From the NCBI GenBank assembly GCA_010093995.1, contig ML992502.1, positions 1-64,000 on the forward strand: DNA of 64,000 nt, read 5' to 3'. Below, piece after piece: positions 1 through 11,616 of this stretch (the first letter of the stretch is position 1; each line of letters starts with the position of its first letter). This DNA comes from Elsinoe ampelina (taxonomy: Eukaryota). Below the pieces are notes generated by a model. That model saw only the letters and a list, made by a program, of their open reading frames with translations, was not told where the DNA came from and made no database searches. The translations under genes and the position numbers were made by a program.

Positions 1-2180
1 TTAGTTAAGGTTCTTAGGAAGGCTTACATTTACTAAAGGTCCTTATTTAAGGCCTCTTAGTAGAGTCAAAGTAGCAGAGATAAGATCTATAGGCTAAATA
101 GAGCTATATATATTACTATAAAGGCTGCTAGGCTTATTAGTGTAAAGGGCTACTAGGTATATCTATCTCTTACTAGTAAAAAGCTCTATAAAAGCTATAA
201 AGGCTATAAAGGCTATAGGTAAGCTATAAAGCTAGTTCTTTCTAGAGCTAATTAGAAGCTGTTTAATCTCTATAGTAGCATCTCTAGCTACTTTAACTCT
301 CTTAAAGGGACTAGATAAGGATCTAGCTATAATAAGGCAAACTTACTATAATAAAGGTAATAAGAAGAGAAAGGAAAAAAGCTAGAGGGAATAAAAGAGA
401 TATATAAGATCTGTAAGTTATACTAGGTAGCTAGGTATATAAAATAAAGAGTGATATAATAACAAAGAAGTATATAAATATAGCATGTAAAAGGCCTAGG
501 TTATAATCCCTAGAGACTTAGGATATACTAACTAACGCCTAGCTACTAGAGGCTAAACTAGGAATGCTTACTAATAATTCCTTATAAAAGTTTATTGTTG
601 CCTAGAGCAATATAATAATAGGTAATACAATAGGAATAATAGCCTAAACCTTTAGGTAGATAGACTTATAATTATAGCTCTATACTCTAGTAGAACTATA
701 AGCCCTTAAGAATTCTATTCTAACTCCTGCCGATATAATATACTTACTAGATCTAAATCTAGTATTATAAAAAGCTATTAAATATTAATCTAGCTGTCCT
801 AAGAACCCTAGACTCTAGAAAATAATAGGGGAATGCTAAGAGGTAGTTAGAAAAGATAAAGACAGAAGAGGAAGTAGGTATTTCTACTAAAGATCCTAGT
901 TGTCTATTATTTAATTAAGGATTATAGGCTCTAGGATTTCCCTAATAACTCTAGGAGCAATATCTATATATATAATCTAAGTACTATAGAGTTATCTATA
1001 ATTCTTAGATCTTCTATTTACTAGGAAATTTATTCTACTTTAATATGTATTCTATGTCTGTCTACTAGTCTACCTAGGCCTCTCTAAATTTGTAGGGATA
1101 TTCTAGAGTTCCTAACTATTAGGAGTAAAGCTACTAAGACCTCTACTCTATATTTTCTTAGGAACTTTAAAAGATTTTTAAGATAGTCCTAGCATACTAT
1201 AACCTAGATTCTAGAAGTAATACTCGATAATTCTAGATAATACTAAGTATTATAAAGGACCTAGGTAATATAAGTAATCTCTAAAAAATTTAGAGGGAAA
1301 AAATCTTAGAAAGTCCTAAAGAATAGAGGTTAGGAATCCTATTAGAATCTAGGAAAATACTCTAACCCTACTCTAGTAAAACTATTAGAATGTACTCTTC
1401 CTCCTAAGACATATAGTGTCTAGTTCTACTTATATAATATACTTAAATATTCTATGTAGTACTTATACCTAAGGCTTAATAGTAATTAGTTCTACTACTA
1501 ATAGACTATTTAGTTAAATAGGCATTCTCTATATTATAATAAATATAGCTTTAATATAAGGCTTTAATAACCTTAGACTAGATTCTTTCGCCCCTAATAA
1601 TAATAGATATATCTCTATCTACTATATATAAATAGCTAAGTTCCTAGAAGTAGTAGCTCTTTTAAATAAGTAGATACTTAAGTAGTCGTATCTAAAAGAA
1701 CTATACGGATTAGCTATACTCGAAGCTACTACGAGTAAAGATATATAGAAGCTAGAAGTATAGACTAGCTTAATAGAAGACTAGTAGCTATATACGATTT
1801 ATAGTAAACCTCTACTAATTGTAGTATCTAAGGGTTATCTCGAGGCTATAAAGCTACTTATTAAGGACTATAAAGCGAATATTAAAGGCGAGTCTAGTAC
1901 GCTCTCTCCTTTAATAGCCGTAGGGAAGGTAGGCTACTTTAAAGTCGTAAGATACTTACTTAAGGAAGAAGTAAAGACTAATAAACCTCTTCTGCGAATA
2001 TAGTTATAGGTTAAGAATAAGCCGCGGAACTATATATATATATCTTTAAGTCGACTCTAGAGCGCCTAAAGAAGAAACAGATAATGTTTAGTAATGTTTA
2101 AATAACAAGAATCGCTTTAAATGGTATCTAACAAAACTAATTCACCTCCTATCCCCTCTTAGCCTCTTTTGTCCTCGTTA
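1..2180. repeat. AT-rich RIP-mutated block (repeat or gene relic)
   Basis: Strong TpA/CTA/TAG excess with visible CpA/TpG depletion, and no ORF of 60 aa or more in the track. The signal weakens towards 2.1 kb. No transposon family could be recognised. Confidence 0.9.
1500..2085 (+). pseudogene. RIP-destroyed ankyrin-repeat gene (3' part)
   Basis: The frame from 1806 reads KPLLIVVSKGYLEAIKLLIKDYKANIK-GESSTLSPLIAVGKVGYFKVVRYLLKEE. This is two ankyrin-like units once C>T/G>A changes are reverted (GTA<GCA, TAT<CAT). In-frame TAG/TAA stops flank them. The 5' limit is uncertain. Confidence 0.7.
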
Positions 2181-3971
2181 TTACCTATAACCCCCTAACA
2201 CATCCCTAACCTTGACCGTACAATGCCCCTCCCTTAATCTAGTAAACTCCCTCAAATTCCCCTCTAACAACAAACTCAACACCTTAGCCCTTAGTCTCCC
2301 CCCGGCCCTCCGATCAAGACACTGCACTAACGCCCCTAAATCCGGCCCCACAGCCCCCATGACCTTGTTCCCCTTCTTGGCCTTCTTCTCCGCCTCCTTG
2401 GCCAGGTTCCCGGCCCACGACACCACTTGCGCCAGGTTCGCATGGAAACTCGCATCCACTGCCGCGGCTCCCCGCGAGGACGCCGTACGGGAGGCGGAAG
2501 CTCGGTGTTTCGCAAAGGAAGAGAGGGAGGTACCGAGGAGTACGGTGAAGATGTCGAGGCTCACGCAGGCGAGGGAGAAAATGTCGCAGCTTTGCAGGTC
2601 GGTGGAGGTGGAGTGCAGGGCTTGGACGACCGTCGCGCCGGTGGTCGGGAGGGTTTGGTGGCGGAAGTCAGAGGGGCGGATGGAGGAGGTTCGATGACGG
2701 GATGATGAGGAGAGGGAAGGGTCGTTGGAGGAGGAGGAGCTGGAGAGGGTGCTGGATGAGGAGATGGAGTGGGTTGTTGAGCGGAAAGGGGATTTGGAGG
2801 ATGTGCTGGTTGGGGATTCGACGGGGGAGTCGTTTCGGGAGGCGCTGCGAGAGAGGGGGTGGGTTTCGTTGTGGGAGCTGGGATTGAAGTCGGAGCGGGA
2901 GGCGGAGCGGGAGGAGGTGCGGGTGGGGAGGTCGGGGAGGGAGCGGGCGATGGAGGAGATGGTGTCGTGGAGTTCGGTGTATTCGTTTAATGTGTCGAGG
3001 GCAGGGGCCTGGGATGCGCCAGATCGTTGGATGACGAGGCGGCGCTGGTGTAGCTCTGGGGCGGCGTATTGGTAGTACTCGAGATCCTTGGAGGCCGAGG
3101 GAGGTCCTGCTGCTCGGACGTCTTTGAAGTGACCGAGGATGACATTGAAGCCGTCATCGACCAAGATGCGGGATGGTGAGATTGCGCCATGTACAAAGCC
3201 GTTGGCGTGAATCCATGCAACAGCATTGGCAAGACATTGAGGCCAGAAGAGCAGCTGCGTCTGCCGTTCGGGCTTTGCCATTGCTTTGAACAGCTTCGGT
3301 AAGTCTGACAGGAATCCCTTCAAGGAGTAATGTGCGGCGGGGCTGGTGAGAATGTACATGCTACCGCCTTTACTGTATGATCCAAAGACGGAAGCGATAT
3401 GCTCATGGCGGGCGCTTCGAATGGCTGTGATCTCGGATAAGACACTGGCTTCGGTCTGATCTCCGCTCATTGGTTCTCGCAGGCGCAAGAAGACCTTGTT
3501 GTTGGGTTGTGGCAATTTGACACGATCCTGTGCGGCGGCATATCCGCTGGGAATCTTGGTGTCGACCACATGTATGGGGATATCTGCTGAAGATGAGTAT
3601 CGGATGTGCTCGCCTTCCCGAATAGTCCTGATGAGATACTTGAACTGGTTGCGGAAGAATAGTCTGTTTACATCCGACCCAGATCGAGGTGGTAGACGTA
3701 GAGCGGATACATCTCGCTCTGCAATTGGAAGACTACTGTCTTCATAAGACTGTTCGATGAGGTAGAAGATGTGATTGACGCAAGCGCAGTCGACCAGGAC
3801 CAAGAAAAGACGACGTGCCCTGGACAAGATCCAGTCTAGATATGTGTCGTTGGAAAGCTCGTCAAAGACTACATCATTGAGCTGTCCTTGAGACGATGCA
3901 TCAAGATGTGATGCAACGAATCTGGTAGTGACAACAGATTCTACACGCTCGTCGGTCCACCAATCCTGCAT
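2181..3971 (-). CDS. Protein kinase-like (probable pseudokinase) with Ser-rich insert
   Basis: 596-aa ORF with kinase-fold landmarks HEHIASVFGSY, LANAVAWIH, HGAISPSRILV (HRD loop degenerate), YQYAAPE and CDIFSLAC. No DFG. Confidence 0.8.
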   Translation of the reverse strand: MQDWWTDERVESVVTTRFVASHLDASSQGQLNDVVFDELSNDTYLDWILSRARRLFLVLVDCACVNHIFYLIEQSYEDSSLPIAERDVSALRLPPRSGSDVNRLFFRNQFKYLIRTIREGEHIRYSSSADIPIHVVDTKIPSGYAAAQDRVKLPQPNNKVFLRLREPMSGDQTEASVLSEITAIRSARHEHIASVFGSYSKGGSMYILTSPAAHYSLKGFLSDLPKLFKAMAKPERQTQLLFWPQCLANAVAWIHANGFVHGAISPSRILVDDGFNVILGHFKDVRAAGPPSASKDLEYYQYAAPELHQRRLVIQRSGASQAPALDTLNEYTELHDTISSIARSLPDLPTRTSSRSASRSDFNPSSHNETHPLSRSASRNDSPVESPTSTSSKSPFRSTTHSISSSSTLSSSSSSNDPSLSSSSRHRTSSIRPSDFRHQTLPTTGATVVQALHSTSTDLQSCDIFSLACVSLDIFTVLLGTSLSSFAKHRASASRTASSRGAAAVDASFHANLAQVVSWAGNLAKEAEKKAKKGNKVMGAVGPDLGALVQCLDRRAGGRLRAKVLSLLLEGNLREFTRLREGHCTVKVRDVLGGYR

Positions 3972-5695
3972 GGCTCCAGAGCGCGGATCTGCACAACCAT
4001 GGAGGAAGTGTGTGATGTGCGGGTTTGTTGTGCGAGTGCTCGAGCAGGAAACACCAGAGATCGGCTTCTTTTACCTGAAACTGAGCATGAGCTCGCTGAA
4101 CATTAGCTACCAATTAACGTAAATTGAATCAAACGCGACATTCTGCGACGGCAACCAGGCGTCATGCTCACTGGATGGGATTTCCTTATCTCTTGGGAGC
4201 GCCACATGAAGTCTTGACCGGCGGGAGTGTAAATGAAATTAGGGTAACTTATCCGTACCATGCGGTACCACCGGAAGAAGCAGATTTTAGGGACTTCTTC
4301 CCCGGAGCCCAGCGGCACGGATGAGCTAGACGCAGGCCAGAGCTCCTCCGTTTGACAGGTCTCAGTGCATGAGACGAGTCAGCCATGTGCTCGAAGAGGT
4401 TGCAGGTCTGCATGCTCCTGCTGTGTGCGCCCCCCGTAGGGTCAATGTGATGCGGCGTCGATAGACGTCGATCGCCGGAGGATTGCGGCAAAGGAATGCT
4501 GAGAGGTGTCAAAAACGGCTTCGTTTTGGGGGTTGAATGCTTGTGCCCGCCCCTGCGTCACACGTGTCAACTGCTCAAGTCATGCTAATGGCGATGTCGA
4601 GGAATACGAGAGGGCAGAAAATGAGGCAACAGTAAATGGAGGCCGAGAGAATGTGTGGGGCGGCAAACGCGTGAAATATCAGTCAGGCAGCACTCGAGAT
4701 TCGTCAGGAACGTGAGCCGTCTAGTCTGTTCCTGAAGCGATCCTTCCTGCCCCTGCTCTAAAATCTCACCCTTTTTCCATCAATAATCGATCAAGAATCG
4801 TCAGATTGCTTCTTCCTCGGGATCGCGACAGACACCGGTCCCCGTCAGATCAGTCGCATGTCGTGTGCCTACCGCGGGTGATGATATTGGATATTAGTGA
4901 TCGCTGCCGCGTGAAAAGCCACCAAAGATAAGAAGAAGTTCTCGAAGGCCACAGCTCGCACCGTGGCACCTTGCCCTGAGGCCTGAGCCCGTCACTTTGA
5001 CTTTGCCCCACAGATGGCGCATGCGAGGAACCGCCAAGTGTGCGCCCTCAGTTCCCAAGAGCATTCGCAATGCGCTAGTGATTATTGTGATAGGTCGTGC
5101 CGCGGCGATGCTCGTATGACGGCTGGCAAGAGGTGAAGTCGTGGGTGCGGGATGAAGATATGAAAGACGTTTGTGCTACGCTGTGACTTACTTCAAAAGG
5201 ACGAGTCGTGCAACAGTACTCGCGAATGATTGCATTGCGGAAGAGAATAAGAAAGAGCGATTATTACTGCCAAGAGAGTAGAACGGAGAGTTCCCTGGCT
5301 CAAGGTGTGGATGCTGCCATGCCACGCGATGTGGCGTCTTGTTTCAGGGAGGTCCATCCGTCCATCCGTTAAGGTTAGCTTTATCAGTTGACCACAGTTT
5401 CGTCCCACTCGTCCATGTACCTGCGGAGCGCACGCGAGATGCGGACCGGAAAGTATGGTGAGATGACTATTGGTGACTGATCGACCGGTGGTAGGTATCG
5501 GAATGGTGCGGTATGGTATAGTACAAGCGCATGCCGCTTTGCAGTTGCACCTGTCCACTTCTCTTCTCTCGCGGCCATTGCCATCTCCCACTACTTCCTC
5601 CCTTTGTGCATACTTCCCTGTTACCGAGTGCCTGAACTATACATATTCACCGGCTGCACTTTCACGGTCAGGCGGCCAGTAGCCTCCGTTCCATC

Positions 5696-7178
5696 ATGGC
5701 AGATAACAAACCTGCCTTCAACGTGAGTGCAAACCACACTCCGCTATGCACGGTGTGCAGCGAGCACTGACTGACCCTTCTCCCAGCCAGGCGATATCGC
5801 CTTCTCCCTCACCTCCACCGCTCTCGTCCTGCTCATGGTCCCCGGCATCTCTCTCTTCTACTCAGGCCTCGGACGACGCAAATCCGCTCTCTCTCTCCTC
5901 TTCATCCCCGTCCTCGCTGCTGCTGTGGTTCTCCTCCAATGGTTCATTATCGGCTACTCTCTCGCCTTCTCCCGCGCCACCAACCCGATCCTGGGTGACG
6001 CATCCAATGTTGGATTCCGCAACGTGTTGGATCAGCCTAGTCTGCTCACACCCATGCTCCCGGATATCATGGTGGCCATCTATCAGTCCATGTTCGCTGC
6101 TGTGACGATTGCCATTGTTGTCGGCGCGGTGGCCGAGAGAGGGAGATTGCTGCCTTGCCTGGTGTTTTCCTTCATCTGGACGTCGCTAGTCTATGACTTT
6201 GTGGCATACTGGTCGTGGAATCCTTCAGGCTGGTTGTACAAGCTTGGATCGCTCGATTTTGCTGGTGGCACACCCGTACACGTCGTTTCTGGCTCAGCGG
6301 CGTTCGCGTATTCGTATATGCTGGGGCCGAGAAAGGGGCATGGTACGTCGGAGTTGAGCTTCAGACCGCACAACACTACGCTGGTCATCATTGGAACGAC
6401 ATTCCTCTGGGTTGGCTGGGCTGGCTTCAATGGCGGTTCTGCTCTGGCGGCGAACCTCAGGGCCATCGTGGCAGTGGTAAATACCAACCTCGCTGCTGTG
6501 GTTGCTGGTCTGGCTTGGTGTATCATCGACTTTCGCCTCCAGCAAAGATTCTCGGCCATTGGGTTCTGCTCCGGTGTCGTGGCGGGTCTGGTCGCAATCA
6601 CACCCGGTTCCGGATTTGTGGCTCCTTGGGCGGCTGTGGTGTATGGTGTCGTCGCCGGAGTAGCTTGCAACTTTGCGACCAAGATCAAATTCCTGGTCGG
6701 CGTTGACGACGCGCTGGATATTTTTGCTTTGCATGGTGTGGGCGGACTTGTAGGAGACTTCATGACCGGCATTTTCGCCGAAGGATATATCGCTGCTCTC
6801 GATGGTTGGACGGTCATACCTGGAGGATGGGTTGATAAGAACTGGATTCAGGTCGCTTATCAGCTATCTGGAGCAGTCAGCGGATTGGTCTACTCCTTCG
6901 TCATGACCTGCCTCATCCTGTTTGTACTCAAGTACATCCCCGGCATGGGACTGCGCATGTCCGACGGCGAACAGGTACTGGGTGCGGACGAGATCGAAAT
7001 TGGGGAGTTTGGCTATGACTACGTTGAGCTAGAAAGAGACGTCGCTGCCAGCTTGGACGCTGCTACAGGCCTACGGAACATGAGTCACATGAACGACAAC
7101 GAAAGCTACAGGAACAGCTTCGATCATGGAGGCATGGGCACGTACGAGGTGGTCATCAGTGGGAACAAAGTGGACTAG
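5696..7178 (+). CDS. Ammonium transporter (Amt/Mep family), 2 exons
   Basis: ATG 5696, intron 5723-5786 (GTGAGT..CTGAC..CAG), giving MADNKPAFNPGDIAF... Motifs: DFAGGTPVH, LWVGWAGFNGGS, GLVAITPGSG, DDALDIFALHG (both conserved His present). Confidence 0.95.
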
Positions 7179-7248
7179 ATCCGATACAGGCTTTGTAAAT
7201 TAGCGTGCTTGCAATGGATAATCTAATCTTACCATCAAAACCGACCAG

Positions 7249-8169
7249 TCAAACAAAGGGCAAGATGACATGGCTCGCATGCTCCCCTCCAAAGTGTACC
7301 ACATGCCTTCCCTTGTTCAGACTATGCTTGTTCGTGCCAAAGTTGTTGACACCCATGATATGCCCACTGATCTCAACCTGAAGGCTCTCGCCTGCTTCAT
7401 CCTCGATGCCCATAGCCCAGATGCCAATATCCAGTCTCACCACTGTGCCTGGCGTCACTCTGTCTTCTCTCTCATGTGGGAGGAAGGGCCAGTGAGGATG
7501 CATCGACCTGCTTTCGTCTATCGCTCGGTGTGATGCCCTCAGAATGCCAGCAGGTCCGGCGTAGAGGATGACTTCCGTCCGCTCCTTTTCGGGGATATCG
7601 GCGATAGTGTTGACTGGCAAGTTATCCGACCATGGGATGTTGAGGTTGAACACTGGTTGTCCAGACTCGTCGAGCTTGCGGAGGAGGATGTAGACGTCCA
7701 TATCGTCCAGATCTGCGCAGGACATGTAGAGAACAGCTTTCGGTAAGCCGACGAGCCTCGTAGGATCGGTGAAGGTGTGATTGAAGGTGATGCTTGAAGC
7801 TGTGGATGTGGACTCGTACGAGAGACTGGCAGCAGTGTCTGGTATCTGTATCGAGAGCCGTGACTCTGATGTGAGATATAATCTCTTGTAGTCGGTGCGG
7901 GCGAGTAGGAACTCTTGCTCAACGACATTTGCTTCTGGTGACTTTTCTCCGAAACGCCAGACTGCCATGGGGACCTTGGGTGTACTCTCCCACCCATTCG
8001 GTTTGCCTTGCAGGAAGTGGTCGAAGAATCGAAGTAGCTCGTCTTGAGCTTGTTGGTTGCCCCAAAGGTCGTACCACTCTTGGGTGGGCTGCCATCTCAA
8101 CCGCTTCTGATGCGTCTGCACCTCCAGCCATCCCCGTCCGCGGAAGTGATTCCTGTGGTGAGTCTTCAT
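7249..8169 (-). pseudogene. CocE/NonD (peptidase S15) hydrolase, C-terminal fragment only
   Basis: QEWYDLW..FFDHFL, DMDVYILLRKLD, GILRASHR and GRHVVHFGGEHASHVILP match the C-terminal half of the family. No GxSY catalytic-Ser region is seen, and only about 520 bp separate it from the next gene. Confidence 0.7.
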
Positions 8170-8690
8170 GATATTTCCATGTGCTCACCAAAGTCTGCTT
8201 ACCTGGCAGTGAGCTCTCATATGACTGCTCCATCGCAACAGAGCTCTCGAGCCTCCAAAACATGGTCCCGGCAGACATAGCTCTCCGACGCATGGTCACT
8301 GGGTACTCACCAGTATGATCGGGACGGACCGATAGCAAGTCATGAGTTGGCAGTGTGTTTGTAGGAGAGACAGTTTCTCGCGACCGCTTCCGTTGGGTGA
8401 GAGCGAGGTATCGCTTCGGTCCGTGATGTGGAGCTCGGTTTGCGAGTTTTGGTGGAACCCTCCGGCTGCACGACGGTGTTTGCCACCCTGTTTCCTCCAC
8501 ATTATATATTCGTCGCCGCATCTCCTTCGAAAAGTTCCCGAAGCATACTCAATCAGCCTGGAAAGTCTTTCTATGGACACTGGCCAAGGATATATGCAGA
8601 GCGAGATGATGCGGAAATGTCAGCGCTTTCTCTCATCAGCGAGCTACTGCAGTACCAAGCCATTACACGAATTGCACCGCACGCATTAAC

Positions 8691-9015
8691 ATGAGCTCGA
8701 CAGCCGTTAGCACAAAGTACCACGGTGAAGGCCGTGTCTTCTCCCACGCAAAGGAGCCATTCTATGGGGACTTCAGAGATGACCTGATCCGCGACGGCTT
8801 TGCATTAAGGATACCATCCCAAGGGATCGAGCAGACGCCTACGCAGAGCAGATGTATGAGTGGCTCGAGAACTTGTGAGTGCTACCGGGATAGGATCTCA
8901 TACATCCGTGGACTGACATACCTCAAGCGGCCTTGGATACAAACGCAACGATCCCTCCACCGTCGTCGAAAAGCACTTGCCAGTCATCAATGAGAAGGGG
9001 ATGTGCGCCGGGTAT
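8691..9015 (+). pseudogene. 5' fragment of a phytanoyl-CoA-dioxygenase-like gene
   Basis: YGDFRDDLIRDGFA, frameshift at about 8803, then IKDTIPRDRADAYAEQMYEWLENF, intron 8875-8927, then GLGYKRNDPSTVVEKHLPVINEKGMC. Similarity stops abruptly there. Confidence 0.7.
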
Positions 9016-10396
9016 TCTCAGCTCAGGCATGGGCGCAATCTTCCCCGTTATTGTACACGACTATCCTGGTCAAGAGCTCAAGGCCAACGACTTGATGACA
9101 TATCATACCCTCTTCATGAGCTCGGGCAATGTCATCATCGTGCCCTTCGCTCTGGGTCGGCCGTCGTCCACTCTTCTTCGCCTCGATCATCCTCCTGACG
9201 GTTGCGGGTATTTGGTGTACGTTTTCTGGTAGTCTAACCAGCCACATCGCTGGCCGCAACATCATGTCATTGGCAGCTGGGCAGAGCGGGGCCTTGTCAC
9301 TTTTGATGATCCACGAGATTCACTTCCTCCACGAACGATCCAAGAAGCTCTCATGGTTCATCTTCGTCCAGAACGTATCCGTTGGTCTCTTCTTCATCGC
9401 CACACAGTATCTGGCTGCCTCGTGCGGCTGAAGATGGTGGTATGGTCTGTTCACCATCATCAACGGCGTTGTGGTAGTCCTCGTCTTCTTCTTCGCCGCC
9501 GAAACCTCCTTTGATCGGCCCATCGCAGACATGACCGGCCAAAGCGCCGCCGACGACGGCAAGCACACCAAAGTCATCATCGCCAGCCACCGTCAAGCCA
9601 TGACCGGCACCTCCGGTAGTATCTGGGACGGCCTCTCCATCATCCCCAGAAATCCGCAATGGCGCCGCATTCCGTCCTTCTACCTCGGCGTCCTCAAAGG
9701 CTTCTGCATCAACCCCGTCATCTGGGCCTTCCTTCTCAATGGCGTTTGGCTCGGTCTCTACGTCTTCCAAGCCGCCACCCTTGCCCCGATACTCATGAAG
9801 CCTCTCGACCTGTTCTCCTTTACCAACCTTGCTTTCGTCCAAGGCTCGCAGATCATCGTCTCCCTCATCTTCCTGCAGCTTCTCGGGTACGGAGGCGACT
9901 TCCTCGCCAAACATCTAGCGAAGCGCAACAACTCGATGTACAAGCCCGAGTACCGCCTTCTGCCTCTCGCGATCCCATGTATCATCGGAATCATCACCAT
10001 GATCATCTACGGAAGAGCAGCCGTTGCTCAAGACCTATCCACCTGGAACTGGGCTAGTGTAGCAGTCACTTACAATGCAGGCTTCTTTGCTTTCCTCGGC
10101 GCAAACATCGTCGGTATCACCCACGTTGTGGATAGCTTCCCGAAACTGGCAGGCGAGTCCTGGTCATAATCTGTGCTGGTAGAGGTCTGGAGTCGTTTGC
10201 CTTGAGGTATGTTACTTTGCCTGCAATGCGGTCTATTGTGTACGATGGAGCACCGTATATGTTTGCGGGATTGTGTGGGTTCTTCACTCTGCTGGTTATC
10301 CCGGTGTATGTCATTGGTCCGAGGACGAGGGCCTGGGCGATGAACAAGTTTGGTACGGAGGCTAGTGATGATCATAGGACTAGGTCGGCCGCTTAG
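9011..10396 (+). pseudogene. MFS transporter (HOL1/DHA1-like) pseudogene
   Basis: Hydrophobic segments with VGRRPLF, HEIHFLHER, RWWYGLF and KPEYRLLPL. The N-terminus is missing. Frameshifts at about 9155 and 10157, and an in-frame TGA at 9429-9431 (G*RWWY). Confidence 0.85.
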
Positions 10397-10509
10397 ATGG
10401 CGCCTATACCTTGCAGCCGCTGCATCGACTATAAGTTTCCAGTGCAATACAAAGTCGTCGAATCAAGGACCTTCCTCAAATATTCTGGTTCTGTTTGACT
10501 AGCTGCACA

Positions 10510-11616
10510 CTACTCTTGCTGCCCAGAATCGCTATCCACTCTGACTGTAACGGCCGTGACTTTCACAATCCCCTCTTCCTTGTTCATCAATCCATCCTCG
10601 ATCCTTGTGCCCTGTGTAACATGAGACTTTCCCTGCGTCGTCTTACTCGCCACCCCTGTGATTTTCCCATACGTCCCTCCCGTCCCGCTCGACAGCCACG
10701 ACATGATCGCCGGCGCGACCTTCTTGACAACCGGCTTCATGGCCATAGCCGACACGCAGAAGACGCTGACATTAATCTCCACTGCAGACCAGATACTCGT
10801 GTCGAATGTACGCCAGGCGGGATCAGTGTGATCTGCTATGACGTGAGCGATGCGGACTGCTCTTACGACAATAGCCATCACGATAAGCCAGCCGATACCG
10901 ATGGTGCCGAACATGATGTATTTTTGGCGATGATGCATTAGGAGGGTGTTAATCTTGATAGTGGAGAACAACAGTAGGCAGACGTTGGTAAGCAGACTGA
11001 TGACGATGCTGGCCCAGAATCCAGGCGTGTCGTCTGTGCAGTGGCCTTGGATGGAAAAGTCCCATTTCATGGCGATGGGTTGGCAATTGAAGAGGTTGAA
11101 GGCCATGAAGGCGACGGTGGAAGTCAGAGTGAGCATGTTGATGAACCAGAGGAAGATGCGGTCTGGTAGGGAGGTGCCGAAGATGCGGAGGAACATGATA
11201 CAGAGAGAGCTGCGGAGCATGCCGGTGGAGAAAATGTATAGTTGGCGGTCGGCGTAGGCGGACTCGAGGAGGGAGGATATGGTGTCCACAGGGATGTCTT
11301 GCTGGTGGCGACCGGCGCCGTACTTGACTTGGACGACGCTGTTGGCCAGGATGCCGACTGAGGCAATCTTGAGCATGTCAGATCAGTGGACAGTCGTGCT
11401 GGAGCTTGACTCACCCAGCCTGCCAATAAGACGTAGTCGTCGATGTAGAACTTGCCGAGAATGGCACCTCTGGACACGAGTCGTGCAACGAAGAATGGCA
11501 GCGACAGGAAGAAAGGGACAAAGTTGCCAGTAATGATGGCAGGCCCTCGAGTCTACATTGATGTTAGCAACCACTCCATCAGTAGACATCGGATGCTATC
11601 AGCATACCTCAATCAT
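10510..11616 (-). CDS. Pth11-like 7TM receptor (fungal rhodopsin domain, no CFEM), 3 exons
   Basis: Exon 1 is MIE (11616-11608) and exon 2 is TRGPAII...FYIDDYVLLAGW, with GTATGC and GTGAGT donors. Motifs: YGAGRH, LRIF, CQPIAMKWD..GHC, WSAVEINVSVFC. Confidence 0.85.

Noticed and set aside
180..235. Short tandem GCTATAAA(G)-like repeats
   Set aside because: Few, imperfect, spacer-less copies inside RIP-homogenised DNA. Not a CRISPR array or a defined satellite.
1..1500. Assigning a transposon family to the AT-rich block
   Set aside because: No LTR, TIR, RT, integrase or DDE motif could be read.
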